Program-made: the position numbers and the translations under genes
Notes under the pieces: model-generated
The model's input: the letters and a program-made list of their open reading frames with translations, nothing else
Database searches by the model: none
Told to the model about the DNA's origin: nothing
In this document: positions 16,033-25,500 of the stretch, piece by piece
Layout: the number at the start of each line of letters is the position of its first letter
Position numbering within the stretch: position 1 is the stretch's first letter
NCBI GenBank assembly: GCA_030613575.1
Contig: JAUWLP010000002.1
Span: 1 to 38,724, forward strand
Source: Desulfobacteraceae bacterium
GTDB lineage: Bacteria > Desulfobacterota > Desulfobacteria > Desulfobacterales > UBA11574
Length of the DNA: 38,724 nucleotides
Direction of reading: 5' to 3'

Positions 16033-16596
16033 ATGCCTAATTTTTTTACCAATCCATTTTTATGGATAAGCGTCTATTTAATCGGATTTATCATAGCGAT
16101 AATAATACTCTGTCTACCACGACTATTTACCGGGGTCGAAAAGAAATTACCGAAAGTGCTTTTAAAGGTATATATCCTGTCTGTATTTATAGCCCCTCCA
16201 ATGGCTTTACCGTTTACTAAAGGGCCTAAAATAGCGATTCCAGCATATGTTTCACTGAGTTTAGGGATATTTCTGCTGGTGATGAATTTTGTTATCAAGA
16301 TGTTGGCTCAAAAGGAAATTGGTGCGCTTCCGGGCATAAAAAGAAAAGCGAAACTGATTACAACAGGCATTTACGGAATTGTGAGAAATCCTTTATATAT
16401 GAGTAATGGTTTGTTAGCAATCGGAATGGCTGTTCTTTTAAAATCAATGTATGCCCTTATTTTTTCGGTTCCTTATTCTCTCTCTTATCTGCTCATTATA
16501 TATTTTGAAGAAAAGGATCTTATGAAAAAATATGGAAACGAATATCAGGAGTATATGAAGAAGGTTCCTTACAGAATTATTCCCAGGCTATTTTAA
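16033..16596 (+). CDS. Isoprenylcysteine carboxyl / phospholipid methyltransferase-family membrane protein
   Basis: Multi-pass membrane protein with GIYGIVRNPLYMSNGLLAIG and the C-terminal EEKDLMKKYGNEYQEYMKKVP block. Confidence 0.75.
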   Translation: MPNFFTNPFLWISVYLIGFIIAIIILCLPRLFTGVEKKLPKVLLKVYILSVFIAPPMALPFTKGPKIAIPAYVSLSLGIFLLVMNFVIKMLAQKEIGALPGIKRKAKLITTGIYGIVRNPLYMSNGLLAIGMAVLLKSMYALIFSVPYSLSYLLIIYFEEKDLMKKYGNEYQEYMKKVPYRIIPRLF

Positions 16597-16741
16597 TCGC
16601 TAATTTTCCTTTTTCATCCCCTCCCAAACAGTCCGTCCGGGCTCACTCCGAGGCCCGTCCTTTGTCAAAGATCCTGATTATATCGGGGAAGGAGAAGGGT
16701 AGGGTGAGGGGCTAAAATGATCGCTATGATTCAAACATATC

Positions 16742-16927
16742 TTGATAGAATGGAATCATCTGATCAGAGTTGAGCATGAAACTGATAAAAGGTGCAAATA
16801 TACTGATCAGGTTGAAATTAAGGCAGGTCTGTTTACTCCAGTTGTGTGGGGATATGCACATGTTTTTTACCGGTACAGGCATTATCGATGGAAAAAGTTG
16901 ATCCGAAAAATTTTGTATCCTTTTTGA
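16742..16927 (+). pseudogene. C-terminal remnant of an SRPBCC (COG4276-like ligand-binding) protein
   Basis: WNHLIRVEHETDKRCKYTDQVEI...VFYRYRHYRWKKLI matches the WHHxHxF...D.V.Y...F.YRH...L tail of that family. An in-frame stop lies just upstream and no N-terminal half is present. Confidence 0.45.
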
Positions 16928-17081
16928 TCCCTTCTTCACTATGTACTGCTTCTAAAGAATTTTCAATAGAACATGGCTCACAGGAAATTGCCCTCTGACC
17001 ACAGCTAGAGGCACAAGATCCGCATTCACACCCAGAAGGCTTAAAAATAGAAGTAGTTATGTAGTTGCTTATGTTATACAC
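16833..17081 (-). CDS. Hypothetical Cys-rich small protein (doubtful)
   Basis: GTG start and no clear RBS. It contains SGCECGSCASSCGQRAISCEPC. Its 3' half overlaps the SRPBCC remnant on the other strand. It is divergent from feoA. Confidence 0.2.
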   Translation of the reverse strand: MYNISNYITTSIFKPSGCECGSCASSCGQRAISCEPCSIENSLEAVHSEEGIKKDTKFFGSTFSIDNACTGKKHVHIPTQLE

Positions 17082-17114
17082 CTACAAAAATGTTCGAAAG
17101 TCCTAATTTATGTC

Positions 17115-17143
17115 TTGACAATCGATTTCAAGCCCGTTATCAT
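17115..17143 (+). promoter_or_regulatory. Sigma70-like promoter upstream of feoA
   Basis: TTGACA (17115-17120), a 17-nt spacer, then TATCAT (17138-17143). AT-rich Fur-box-like hexamers (CATTAT, AATGAT, GATAAAT) lie downstream at ~17155-17240. Confidence 0.4.
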
Positions 17144-17303
17144 AAAAAGAACATTGTTCATTATTGGTAAATAGAAATGATTTAAAATATTTATTAATCG
17201 ATACAAGTTATCCTGATAAATACGAATTATTTGTGCGAAAAACATTTCCGGCTCATGGCAGCCCCTTTGCTGCGGAAGAATTAAAATAAACGAGGAGAAA
17301 AAA

Positions 17304-17534
17304 ATGATACCTTTAGGTTTACTCGAAGTCGGAGAAGTGGGAGTGGTTCAAGATATTACAGGCGGAATTGGTTTTATCAGTCGGATATCGGCCACCGGTT
17401 TTACTCAAAACGCCGAAATTACCATGTTACGGAATTGGAAACGGGGACCCGTGCTGGTATTTATCCGGGATACCCAAATGGCGCTGGGTCGCGGCGAAGC
17501 TGAAAAAATCATCGTAAGGAGAAAAAAAATATGA
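17304..17534 (+). CDS. feoA: Ferrous iron transport protein A
   Basis: GAGGAG RBS. It is a 76-aa SH3-like FeoA (LLEVGEVGVVQDITGG). ATGA overlap with feoB. Confidence 0.9.
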   Translation: MIPLGLLEVGEVGVVQDITGGIGFISRISATGFTQNAEITMLRNWKRGPVLVFIRDTQMALGRGEAEKIIVRRKKI

Positions 17535-19585
17535 ACAAGTCAACATTGAAATCAGTACAAAATGCCAATACTGTCGCCCTGGCAGGACAGCCCAATACCG
17601 GGAAATCCACCATTTTTAACAGGCTTACCGGATCGAAGCAACATGTTGGAAATTGGCCTGGCAAAACAGTAGAGAAAAAAGAAGGCGCCTTTAAATATAG
17701 CGGTCAATCTTATAAACTGGTTGATTTACCCGGAACTTACAGTCTAACCGCGAACTCGCTTGAGGAGATAATCTCCAGGGATTTTATCATCAAAGAACAG
17801 CCCGATGTTTTAATTGTAGTAGTTGATGCTTCGCAGTTAGAACGTACTCTCTATCTTGTGGCTGAGACTGCCATGTTGTGGACTAAAATAATTGTCGCTT
17901 TAAATATGATGGATATTGCCGAAAGACAAGGCCGAGCGCTTATTACTGAAACCATGGGGAAAAAGATGGGCGTAAAGGTTGTTCCCATGATCGCGTCAAA
18001 AAATAAGGGAATTCCGGAGCTTCTTGAGGCAATTAAAGAATGTGCCGATAGCGGCAAACCAGAGAGAAAACCAGCGCAACAGATACTTGAAGGAGATGCT
18101 CTCGCGCTGGTAAAAAAGGTCAAGCTAATAATCAAAGGCTGTGTTCCTTCACCTTATTTAGAGGAATGGACAGCGCTTAAGCTTCTGGAAGGTGATGAAG
18201 AAATTAGCGGAATAATGAGAAACAGGTTGGAACCTGCCAAGTGGCAGGAAATAGATAGTTTGGTAAATGATAACAGTGTGTTACTAGTGACTGGTTCGAA
18301 GTATGAATGGATTCAAAAAATCATATCTTCAAGCAAGCAACAGCCTGGTAGAGAAAAAACACTGGCCAGACAGAACAAGTTTGACAAAATCGCTACTCAT
18401 CCTGTGTTAGGAAAGTTTGCTGCCTTAGGAATACTGTTGTTCGCGATAATCGCTGCCATGATCGTTGGTTTCCCTCCTGCGATGGCGGTTATGAAGGTAA
18501 TGCCCAAAGTTGCCGAAGGAACACGGACCCTGCTGGTATCCACTCCCGTCTGGTTTAGCTCTATGCTGGCTGATGGAGTTATTATTGGGGTTGGTATAGC
18601 AACAGCGCTCTTTTTCTTTTTAATGGCGGTGTTTTTAGTGGTGGGATTTTTAGAAGACGTGGGATATTTACCGCGTCTGGCTTATGTTTTCGATCCTTTT
18701 ATGCAGCGTTTGGGGTTGTATGGAAAATCATTTATGCCTTTTTTAATGAGCCTTTCCTGTAATATTGCGGGGGTATTGGGAACCCGTGTTGTCGATTCCT
18801 GGAGGCAGCGTTTTATTACTTTGGTAATGTCTCCTATTATCCCCTGTTTGGCTATTTGGGGTGTCGTCGCTTTTATTGGCACTGTTTTCTTTGGAGCAAA
18901 GACTCCACTGGTTGTTGTGGCCCTTCTGATAGTGATAGTATTTCATCTGATTATTACTTCTTTCCTGTTGCGGCATATTGTGGTTAAGGGGGATCGTGCC
19001 GGACTGATTATGGATCTGCCTCCCTATCATAAACCCAACATCAAGACAATCTGGGGTTATGCCTGGATGAATGGAAAAGCCTTTCTAAAAAGGGGCTTTA
19101 CTCTGATTGCCCTGGTATCTTTTGTCGTCTGGCTGCTTTCTTATTTTCCCGATGGTAACATTGAAACCAGCTTTTTAGCTTCAACTGGAAAGTTCTTAAA
19201 TCCGATTGGAGAATTGATGGGCTTTGACTGGAGGTTGATGGTTGCCCTGATTGTGGCCATGGCATCAAAGGAAGCCTCGCTTGCCGCCATTGCCGTTCTT
19301 TTCGGCATCGGGCAAAAGTTCACTTCCGTCACCGGGATGATAGGAGCAACCGGGATTTACAAACAGGAAGCGCTGGGATCGATACTGGTACAGACCATCA
19401 GTCCAGCAGCAGCTTTGGCATTTATATTTGCTTTAACTTTCTCCATTCCCTGCATAGGAACGATGGGAGCGTTTTATTCCGAGACAAAGTCGCTCAAATG
19501 GACGGCCGGTGCTTCGGTATATTACACAGTATCCAGCCTGGTTGCCGGGATTCTTGTTTACAATATCAGCTTGTTATTTTTTTAG
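17531..19585 (+). CDS. feoB: Ferrous iron transport protein B
   Basis: N-terminal G domain (VALAGQPNTGKSTIFNRLTG, DLPGTYSL, NMMD) followed by a polytopic membrane domain. Confidence 0.95.
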   Translation: MNKSTLKSVQNANTVALAGQPNTGKSTIFNRLTGSKQHVGNWPGKTVEKKEGAFKYSGQSYKLVDLPGTYSLTANSLEEIISRDFIIKEQPDVLIVVVDASQLERTLYLVAETAMLWTKIIVALNMMDIAERQGRALITETMGKKMGVKVVPMIASKNKGIPELLEAIKECADSGKPERKPAQQILEGDALALVKKVKLIIKGCVPSPYLEEWTALKLLEGDEEISGIMRNRLEPAKWQEIDSLVNDNSVLLVTGSKYEWIQKIISSSKQQPGREKTLARQNKFDKIATHPVLGKFAALGILLFAIIAAMIVGFPPAMAVMKVMPKVAEGTRTLLVSTPVWFSSMLADGVIIGVGIATALFFFLMAVFLVVGFLEDVGYLPRLAYVFDPFMQRLGLYGKSFMPFLMSLSCNIAGVLGTRVVDSWRQRFITLVMSPIIPCLAIWGVVAFIGTVFFGAKTPLVVVALLIVIVFHLIITSFLLRHIVVKGDRAGLIMDLPPYHKPNIKTIWGYAWMNGKAFLKRGFTLIALVSFVVWLLSYFPDGNIETSFLASTGKFLNPIGELMGFDWRLMVALIVAMASKEASLAAIAVLFGIGQKFTSVTGMIGATGIYKQEALGSILVQTISPAAALAFIFALTFSIPCIGTMGAFYSETKSLKWTAGASVYYTVSSLVAGILVYNISLLFF

Positions 19586-19659
19586 AGTATAGTATTTACT
19601 CACATTTTGGAGTGAGCCCTTAGCACGTCTAATATTAAAATCCAATAGAAGGTTTAATA

Positions 19660-20145
19660 ATGAAAACAAAATCTATGATATCAACATTTCTTCTTTTGAA
19701 TCCATTTAAAAGAGGGATGTTTGAATGGATTATTCTTGTAGGAACAGGAATTTGTGGATTGAAATTATCTTGGCATAATTTTTCTATTTTTCCAGTTTCA
19801 AATATTTTTGGTGGTTTTCTAGTACTTTTTGCGTTCCTATTTCACTGGTGGGCAGAAAAAGATCATAAGCAAGCTCATGAACGATCAGATAGTATTGAAA
19901 TGATTGTAAACTCTGGTGTCTATTCAAAGATCCGCCATCCTCTATATCTTAGCCTTATTGTTTTAAATCTTGGAATTGCTCTTTCATTTGGTGTGCTGAT
20001 TACCTTAATATTAGCGCTGTTAACAGTAATTCACTGGGGTGCCACTTCATATAAAGAAGAGCAATTACTGCTGCAAAGATTTCAGGATGAATACACACAA
20101 TACAAAGAATCAGTTCGATGGCGGATGATTCCAGGTATATTCTAA
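19660..20145 (+). CDS. Isoprenylcysteine carboxyl / phospholipid methyltransferase-family membrane protein (second copy)
   Basis: Contains GVYSKIRHPLYLSLIVLNLGIAL and the C-terminal EEQLLLQRFQDEYTQYKESV block. Confidence 0.75.
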   Translation: MKTKSMISTFLLLNPFKRGMFEWIILVGTGICGLKLSWHNFSIFPVSNIFGGFLVLFAFLFHWWAEKDHKQAHERSDSIEMIVNSGVYSKIRHPLYLSLIVLNLGIALSFGVLITLILALLTVIHWGATSYKEEQLLLQRFQDEYTQYKESVRWRMIPGIF

Positions 20146-20198
20146 AGCTGAAGCTCTTTATTTACGGATAAAATCATCTGTTTTTTCGGAGAAACATC

Positions 20199-20471
20199 AT
20201 GTTGAGTAATTTGATTAATTTACTTGCAAAAAACGAGACCTATTTAAACAGCATGATTGCCGACAAGCTGGGTGTTGATGAGAGAATGGCAAAGCAGATG
20301 CTTCATGAGCTTGCCCGTTTTGGATATGTGGAGAATATTGATTTCTCTCTCCATGCCAGCCAATGTAAAAAATGTTCGAATCAATGTCATTCAAGGGATT
20401 TTGCCAAAGGTCGAAGTACCGTCTGGATCCTGACTGAAAAAGGCAGAAAAGTGGTAGGAAAAACTTTTTAA
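20199..20471 (+). CDS. FeoC-like winged-helix protein
   Basis: Its N-terminal winged-helix region (LINLLAKNETYLNSMIADKLGVDERMAKQMLHELARFGYV) is followed by a Cys cluster (CKKCSNQC), as in FeoC. Confidence 0.6.
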   Translation: MLSNLINLLAKNETYLNSMIADKLGVDERMAKQMLHELARFGYVENIDFSLHASQCKKCSNQCHSRDFAKGRSTVWILTEKGRKVVGKTF

Positions 20472-20492
20472 ACCCTTCCAAGCTCCAAGTTT

Positions 20493-20846
20493 ATGAAAAT
20501 GAATCCTAAATCCGTGGGCGGAAACCTGCCTGACCAGAGTTTTTCCGGGGCAAGTTTATTTAATTTCAGAATATTCATAGCCCTGCTTCCTGCCATGCCA
20601 CTTACGTTTATGGGTATGACATTTTTCCCTGCCATTAATAATGCAAAACCTGCAGCCATTATGGGAATTGCCCGTCAGCTCATTTTCTACGTACCTGTGA
20701 TGCTTATTTTACCCAGGTTTTTTGGAATACAATGGGTCTATTGGGGGTCTGCCGCCATAGATTTTATTATAACACTATGGGTTGCTTTCCTGTTGATAAA
20801 GGAATTTCATACCCTGAAAATGCGGAAGTATTCTGCAGTTTGCTGA
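20493..20846 (+). pseudogene. Chimeric remnant: 3' end of an NMT1-like SBP gene fused to the C-terminal segment of a MATE-type efflux protein
   Basis: The first ~17 codons (MKMNPKSVGGNLPDQSF) match the C-terminus of 1707-2693 (MKLNPKSVGGKLPDKGF). The rest (FPAINNAKPAAIMGIARQLIFYVPVMLILPRFFGIQWVYW...) looks like the last helices of a MATE transporter. Confidence 0.55.
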
Positions 20847-20894
20847 AATAGGTAAAGATTTCATTAATAAATTTACAAAACAAAGGAGTAAGAT

Positions 20895-22724
20895 ATGTCC
20901 GAATTATCTGTTTATGAAAAACAGTTAAAGAAAAAACAAAAAACCGGAATAGCCCGGTTAATTGAGATTGCCGGCACCAAATCGGTTTATCTGGTGATGA
21001 CAGTATTATTAAGTATAGTTGCTGTAATTGCCCAGATTACACCCTTTGTTACAGTCTATCTGCTGGTTAAAGAGCTTGTTGCCAATATTTCGAATATTCA
21101 GGCCATCAACACAGCTTATGTGTGGCAGTTGGGATGGATTACCGTTGCCGGGATTGGGGTTTTCGGCGTTTTTACCTATGCAGCCCTCATGTTTTCTCAT
21201 GTGGCGGCGTTCAATATTCTTTATGAGATTCGGGTCGGGCTGGCGGGAAAACTGACCCGTATGCCTATGGGGTATTTTACCTCGAAAACAAACGGCAGTA
21301 TTAAGAAAATATTGCATGAGGATGTGGAGCGTATTGAGTTATTTGTGGCCCATCATATTATGGATATTGTTCAGGCCGTGGTACTGCCTATTATCTCCCT
21401 GGTATTTCTATTTTTTATTGATTGGCGTCTTGCTATCGGCGTGTTAATCCCCCTGCCGTTGGCCATGGTCGCTCAGTCGTCCATGTACGGTTCCACGGGT
21501 ATGAAGCTGTATACAGAGTGGCAGAAAAAACTGGCGGCCATGAATGGCACTATAGTGGAGTACGTTCGGGGAATGCCGGTTGTCAAGATTTTCAACCAGA
21601 CAGTGAACGCGTTTAAGCGTTTTTCCGATGATGTTTATGCCTATCGGGATTTAACCCTGTTCTGGGTAAAGACATCAGCAACATCTTTTACGGCCCTTAT
21701 AGTGCTTATAAGTTCCAGCGCCGTCTTTGTTCTGCCAATCGCCATATACCTGCTTTATTCTGTTCCATCCGTGGATTACGGGACCATGGTTTCTACTGTA
21801 TTTCTATTCCTGTTCGTTGGAATGGGGATATCTCTTCCCCTTTATAAACTGCTGTATATGGCATCTTCCCTGACCCAGATAAAAACTGGACTTGAGGAAA
21901 TCGACGGTATACTGAACAGTAAGGAAATATTTGAACCTGAAATGGCTAAAGAGCCTGATGATTTGTCAGTGGAATTCAATAAAGTCAGCTTTTCCTATGG
22001 CACTCAAACTGTTTTAAAGGATGTTTCCTTTTCAGCCGCCCCTGGGACCGTTACTGCCCTTGTCGGTCCTTCCGGGGGCGGGAAAAGTACTATTGCCAAC
22101 CTGATAGGCCGGTTCTGGGATGTAGAGACCGGAGAGGTTTGCATTGGAGGAATCAATATTAAGGATATGCCTGTAGAGAATCTGAATAATATGGTGTCCA
22201 CGGTTTTTCAGGATGTATTCCTTTTTTTTGATACCATTGAGGAAAATATCCGGATGGGGAATAAAGAAGCTTCCTTTGAAGAGGTTGTATCTGCTGCAAA
22301 AGCCGCGCAGATTCATGATTTTATCGACACCCTTCCGGCAGGATATAAGACCCTTATCGGGGAAAGCGGGACCTACCTGTCCGGAGGAGAGCAGCAGAGA
22401 GTCGCCATGGCCAGAATAATACTGAAAGATTCACCCATTATCGTTCTTGATGAGGCCACAGCCTATGCGGACCCGGAAAATGAGGCTCGGATTCAGGATG
22501 CCCTGTCGGTAGTCCTTAAGGATAAAACAGTTATTGTGATAGCCCATCGGCTCTACACCATAACCGATGCCGATCTGATTCTGGTGGTGAATGAGGGTCG
22601 GATAGAAGAAACGGGAACTCACCGGGAACTTTTGGAGAAGAAAGGATTATACGGTTTTCTCTGGGATATTCATACCAAGGCCAGAGACTGGAATATTGAC
22701 ACCGATAAGGAGGAGTTTTTATGA
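20895..22724 (+). CDS. ABC exporter, fused permease/ATPase half-transporter (subunit 1)
   Basis: Six-helix transmembrane domain plus a nucleotide-binding domain (GPSGGGKST, LSGGEQQRVAMARI, IVLDEATA, IAHR). Confidence 0.9.
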   Translation: MSELSVYEKQLKKKQKTGIARLIEIAGTKSVYLVMTVLLSIVAVIAQITPFVTVYLLVKELVANISNIQAINTAYVWQLGWITVAGIGVFGVFTYAALMFSHVAAFNILYEIRVGLAGKLTRMPMGYFTSKTNGSIKKILHEDVERIELFVAHHIMDIVQAVVLPIISLVFLFFIDWRLAIGVLIPLPLAMVAQSSMYGSTGMKLYTEWQKKLAAMNGTIVEYVRGMPVVKIFNQTVNAFKRFSDDVYAYRDLTLFWVKTSATSFTALIVLISSSAVFVLPIAIYLLYSVPSVDYGTMVSTVFLFLFVGMGISLPLYKLLYMASSLTQIKTGLEEIDGILNSKEIFEPEMAKEPDDLSVEFNKVSFSYGTQTVLKDVSFSAAPGTVTALVGPSGGGKSTIANLIGRFWDVETGEVCIGGINIKDMPVENLNNMVSTVFQDVFLFFDTIEENIRMGNKEASFEEVVSAAKAAQIHDFIDTLPAGYKTLIGESGTYLSGGEQQRVAMARIILKDSPIIVLDEATAYADPENEARIQDALSVVLKDKTVIVIAHRLYTITDADLILVVNEGRIEETGTHRELLEKKGLYGFLWDIHTKARDWNIDTDKEEFL

Positions 22725-24487
22725 AAAAGCTTTTAAATGTAATAACCAATAACGACCCCGGAGTATTGAAAAAGCCGGTACTGCTCGAGATCCTTAAATC
22801 CATGCTTCAGGGGCAGCCCTACTTTGTTATCCTGCTTGTAATGTTGGAACTGCTGAAACCTCTTGAAAGCCCCGGAACAGGAATCGATTTTACCCAGCTT
22901 ACTATTTTAACCATATGGCTGGCAGCCTCCCTGGTTCTGTTATTTATTATTGGAAGGTACTTTTACGAAGTTGAAAATGGTGTAGCCTTTGGGGTTGTTA
23001 CAGAGGGACGGCTCTCCCTGGGAGAACATCTTAGAAAACTTTCCATGGGGTTTTTCAGGGGCCGTGATCCCGGTGACATTACCGCTTTGATGCTGCAGGA
23101 TTATTCGAATATCGAAATGCTGGTCAGCCGCCTGTTGATGGAGGTTGTGGGCGCGGTCACTCTTCCGCTTGTATTTTCCTGTTTTCTGATTTTCTTTGAC
23201 TGGCGGATGACCCTGATTTTACTGGCACCTGTGCCGGTGGCAATTCTGGCCGCGGTTATTACAAGAATGATCATTCTTCGGACCGGAACAAAACATATTA
23301 AGGCCAAGAACACAGCTTCCTCCCGTATGCTGGAGTACCTTGACGGTATAAAAAATATTAAGGCCTTCAATCTGCACGGAAAGAAATTTGTCCGGCTGGA
23401 AAAGGCCTTTCAGAATCTGAAGAAGCTGAGTATAAAACAGGAGGCTGTCGCCGGACCTTCCGTGCTTCTGGGGATCTGGTTTCTTAACGTGGGGATTGCT
23501 CTTATTATGCTGACCGGGGTTTATTTTATTATTGCGGGAACTCTGTCGATTCCCTACTTCTTGTTTTTTCTGATAATCGGGACAAGGATGTACGATCCTT
23601 TGAGCAGGGCTCTAGTGAGTTTTATTGAGCTGAGCTATTATGCAATTTCAGCAAATCGAATAAAAGAGGTCTTTGACATAAAACCGCTGCCGGAACCGGC
23701 TGTTTCGGAAAAGCTCTCCAGCCATAATGTCGAGTTTAAAAAGGTCTGGTTCCGCTATCATAAAACAGATGTGCTGAAAGATGTCAGTTTTTCCCTGCCC
23801 GAAAACTCCATGACAGCCTTGGTAGGCCCTTCCGGCTCGGGAAAGTCCACCATTACCAGGCTGCTTGCCCGTTTCTGGGATGTCAGACGGGGTGAGATAA
23901 TGATAGGCTGCCGGCCTATTAAAAAATTAAAAAATTCGGATCTGCTTTCCAATATCAGCATGGTCTTCCAGGATGTCTACCTTTTTAACGACACCATTTT
24001 GAATAATATTAAGGTTGGGAAGGCCGATGCCTCCATGGAGGAGGTGTTTGCAGCAGCCAAAAAGGCCAGATGCCATGGGTTTATAGAAAAACTTCCTGAG
24101 GGCTACGAAACGATGGTGGGAGAAGGCGGAGCAACCCTGTCGGGAGGTGAAAAACAGCGTGTTTCCATTGCCCGGGCAATCCTTAAAGACGCTCCTGTTA
24201 TTCTGCTTGATGAAGCCACCGCCTCTCTTGACCCGGAGAATGAATTGTATATTCAGGAAGCGATAGGAGAGCTGATTAAAAGCAGAACCCTTATTGTCAT
24301 AGCTCACAGATTAAGCACCATAACCCAAGCAAGTCAAATTCTTGTTTTAAAAGAGGGGGAAATTGTGGAACGAGGAACCCATCAGGAACTGTTAGCAAAA
24401 GACATAGGCCTTTATCAGGGCATGTGGAACGAACAGAGAAGAGCTCATGGATGGAAAATTAAATCTAAAGAAGCCGTTATGGTATGA
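22721..24487 (+). CDS. ABC exporter, fused permease/ATPase half-transporter (subunit 2)
   Basis: ATGA overlap with subunit 1. Motifs: [35 protein letters not shown]. Confidence 0.9.
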   Translation: MKKLLNVITNNDPGVLKKPVLLEILKSMLQGQPYFVILLVMLELLKPLESPGTGIDFTQLTILTIWLAASLVLLFIIGRYFYEVENGVAFGVVTEGRLSLGEHLRKLSMGFFRGRDPGDITALMLQDYSNIEMLVSRLLMEVVGAVTLPLVFSCFLIFFDWRMTLILLAPVPVAILAAVITRMIILRTGTKHIKAKNTASSRMLEYLDGIKNIKAFNLHGKKFVRLEKAFQNLKKLSIKQEAVAGPSVLLGIWFLNVGIALIMLTGVYFIIAGTLSIPYFLFFLIIGTRMYDPLSRALVSFIELSYYAISANRIKEVFDIKPLPEPAVSEKLSSHNVEFKKVWFRYHKTDVLKDVSFSLPENSMTALVGPSGSGKSTITRLLARFWDVRRGEIMIGCRPIKKLKNSDLLSNISMVFQDVYLFNDTILNNIKVGKADASMEEVFAAAKKARCHGFIEKLPEGYETMVGEGGATLSGGEKQRVSIARAILKDAPVILLDEATASLDPENELYIQEAIGELIKSRTLIVIAHRLSTITQASQILVLKEGEIVERGTHQELLAKDIGLYQGMWNEQRRAHGWKIKSKEAVMV

Positions 24488-24577
24488 AGTCCATTTATCT
24501 ATGGGATATGGGCGCCTTTGAAAATTGGTACGGTCTGGTTTAATATTGGCGCGGTGATTACAATAGCAGGTTTCATT

Positions 24578-24678
24578 TTGTGTGGGGATATGCACATATT
24601 TTTTGCCGGTACCGGCATTATCGATGGAAAAAGTTGATCCGAAGGGCAGAAAGATTCAGACAGGGACAACAAACGTAA
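24578..24678 (+). pseudogene. Second, shorter remnant of the SRPBCC gene 3' end
   Basis: 24578-24643 repeats 16842-16907 (66 nt, 3 mismatches, same orientation). In frame it reads VWGYAHIFCRYRHYRWKKLIR... and ends at TAA 24676-24678. Confidence 0.4.
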
Positions 24679-24714
24679 TTCCAATATTAATAATGATTCA
24701 AGGAGGCAAAGAAA

Positions 24715-25086
24715 ATGACAAAGGAGTTAATGATTGCAAGCATCGGGATGTCACTATTTATTATCTGCCCGAGGATGGCCGGCATGGTTCATATTATATC
24801 AAAGAACTCAAATGTTAGTCTATATGCCACAGCTCTATATGGAACCATTATTGCTATCCCTTTAGTTCTGGTTATGGTCTGGGTATTCTCCAAAAGCGGT
24901 GCACTATGGGGGCCTCAAAACGCCGTTTGGGGAGCACTTGTCTTCTGTGTCCTGACCGACATCCTTTCAGCGCTTTTTATGAAAGAGATAAGTATTAAGG
25001 CTGGGGTGGAAACCATTATAATAGCCATATTCGTTATAATTGGCGTCAAGGTTGCGCCCTATGTTACTGGTTTATTTGTGAGATGA
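24715..25086 (+). CDS. Hypothetical small membrane protein
   Basis: AAGGAGG RBS. About four hydrophobic helices. No family recognised. Confidence 0.5.
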   Translation: MTKELMIASIGMSLFIICPRMAGMVHIISKNSNVSLYATALYGTIIAIPLVLVMVWVFSKSGALWGPQNAVWGALVFCVLTDILSALFMKEISIKAGVETIIIAIFVIIGVKVAPYVTGLFVR

Positions 25087-25193
25087 GGCGTAAAGGTCCT
25101 TATCCATCATCATTTGACTATTCAAAAGATTGCGTGGCAGTGGCCGGCAGGATTAATAGGAAATTCATTGATGCAACCCGGATTAAATTGTTA

Positions 25194-25221
25194 TTGACTT
25201 TCATAATTATCGGACTATAAT
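25194..25221 (+). promoter_or_regulatory. Near-consensus sigma70 promoter
   Basis: TTGACT (25194-25199), a 16-nt spacer, then TATAAT (25216-25221). It ends 6 nt before ATG 25228. Confidence 0.4.
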
Positions 25222-25227
25222 GCAACC

Positions 25228-25419
25228 ATGATTGAAAGAAAGCTTTTTTCAGACCTGCTAACCCATCTCTTCCAAAAAGAGATAAGTTTAATCATAGGAC
25301 CTCGCCAGTCCGGCAAAACGGCCCTCATGGATCTGCTGAGGGAACACCTTGATGAAAAAGGTGAGCGAACGCTATATCTAAACCTTGATATTGAATATAC
25401 TATAAGTCGATTTTATTAG
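25228..25419 (+). pseudogene. N-terminal fragment of an AAA ATPase of the DUF4143 group
   Basis: The 63 codons carry Walker A (IIGPRQSGKTAL) and then stop. The full-length family member at 31650-33014 is 454 aa. Confidence 0.6.
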
Positions 25420-25500
25420 TATTTTTTATTAACCTAAAAGAGACCTTTTCGTCAACCTTTTTTCATTTTTTTAAGACCCACCTGGTCACTTTTGACAATT

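Noticed and set aside
17150-17245. A definite Fur box upstream of feoA.
   Set aside because: Only scattered NATWAT-like hexamers are present. The best 19-mer I could align (GATAAATACGAATTATTTG) matches about half of the consensus GATAATGATAATCATTATC. It is kept only as a note within the promoter feature.
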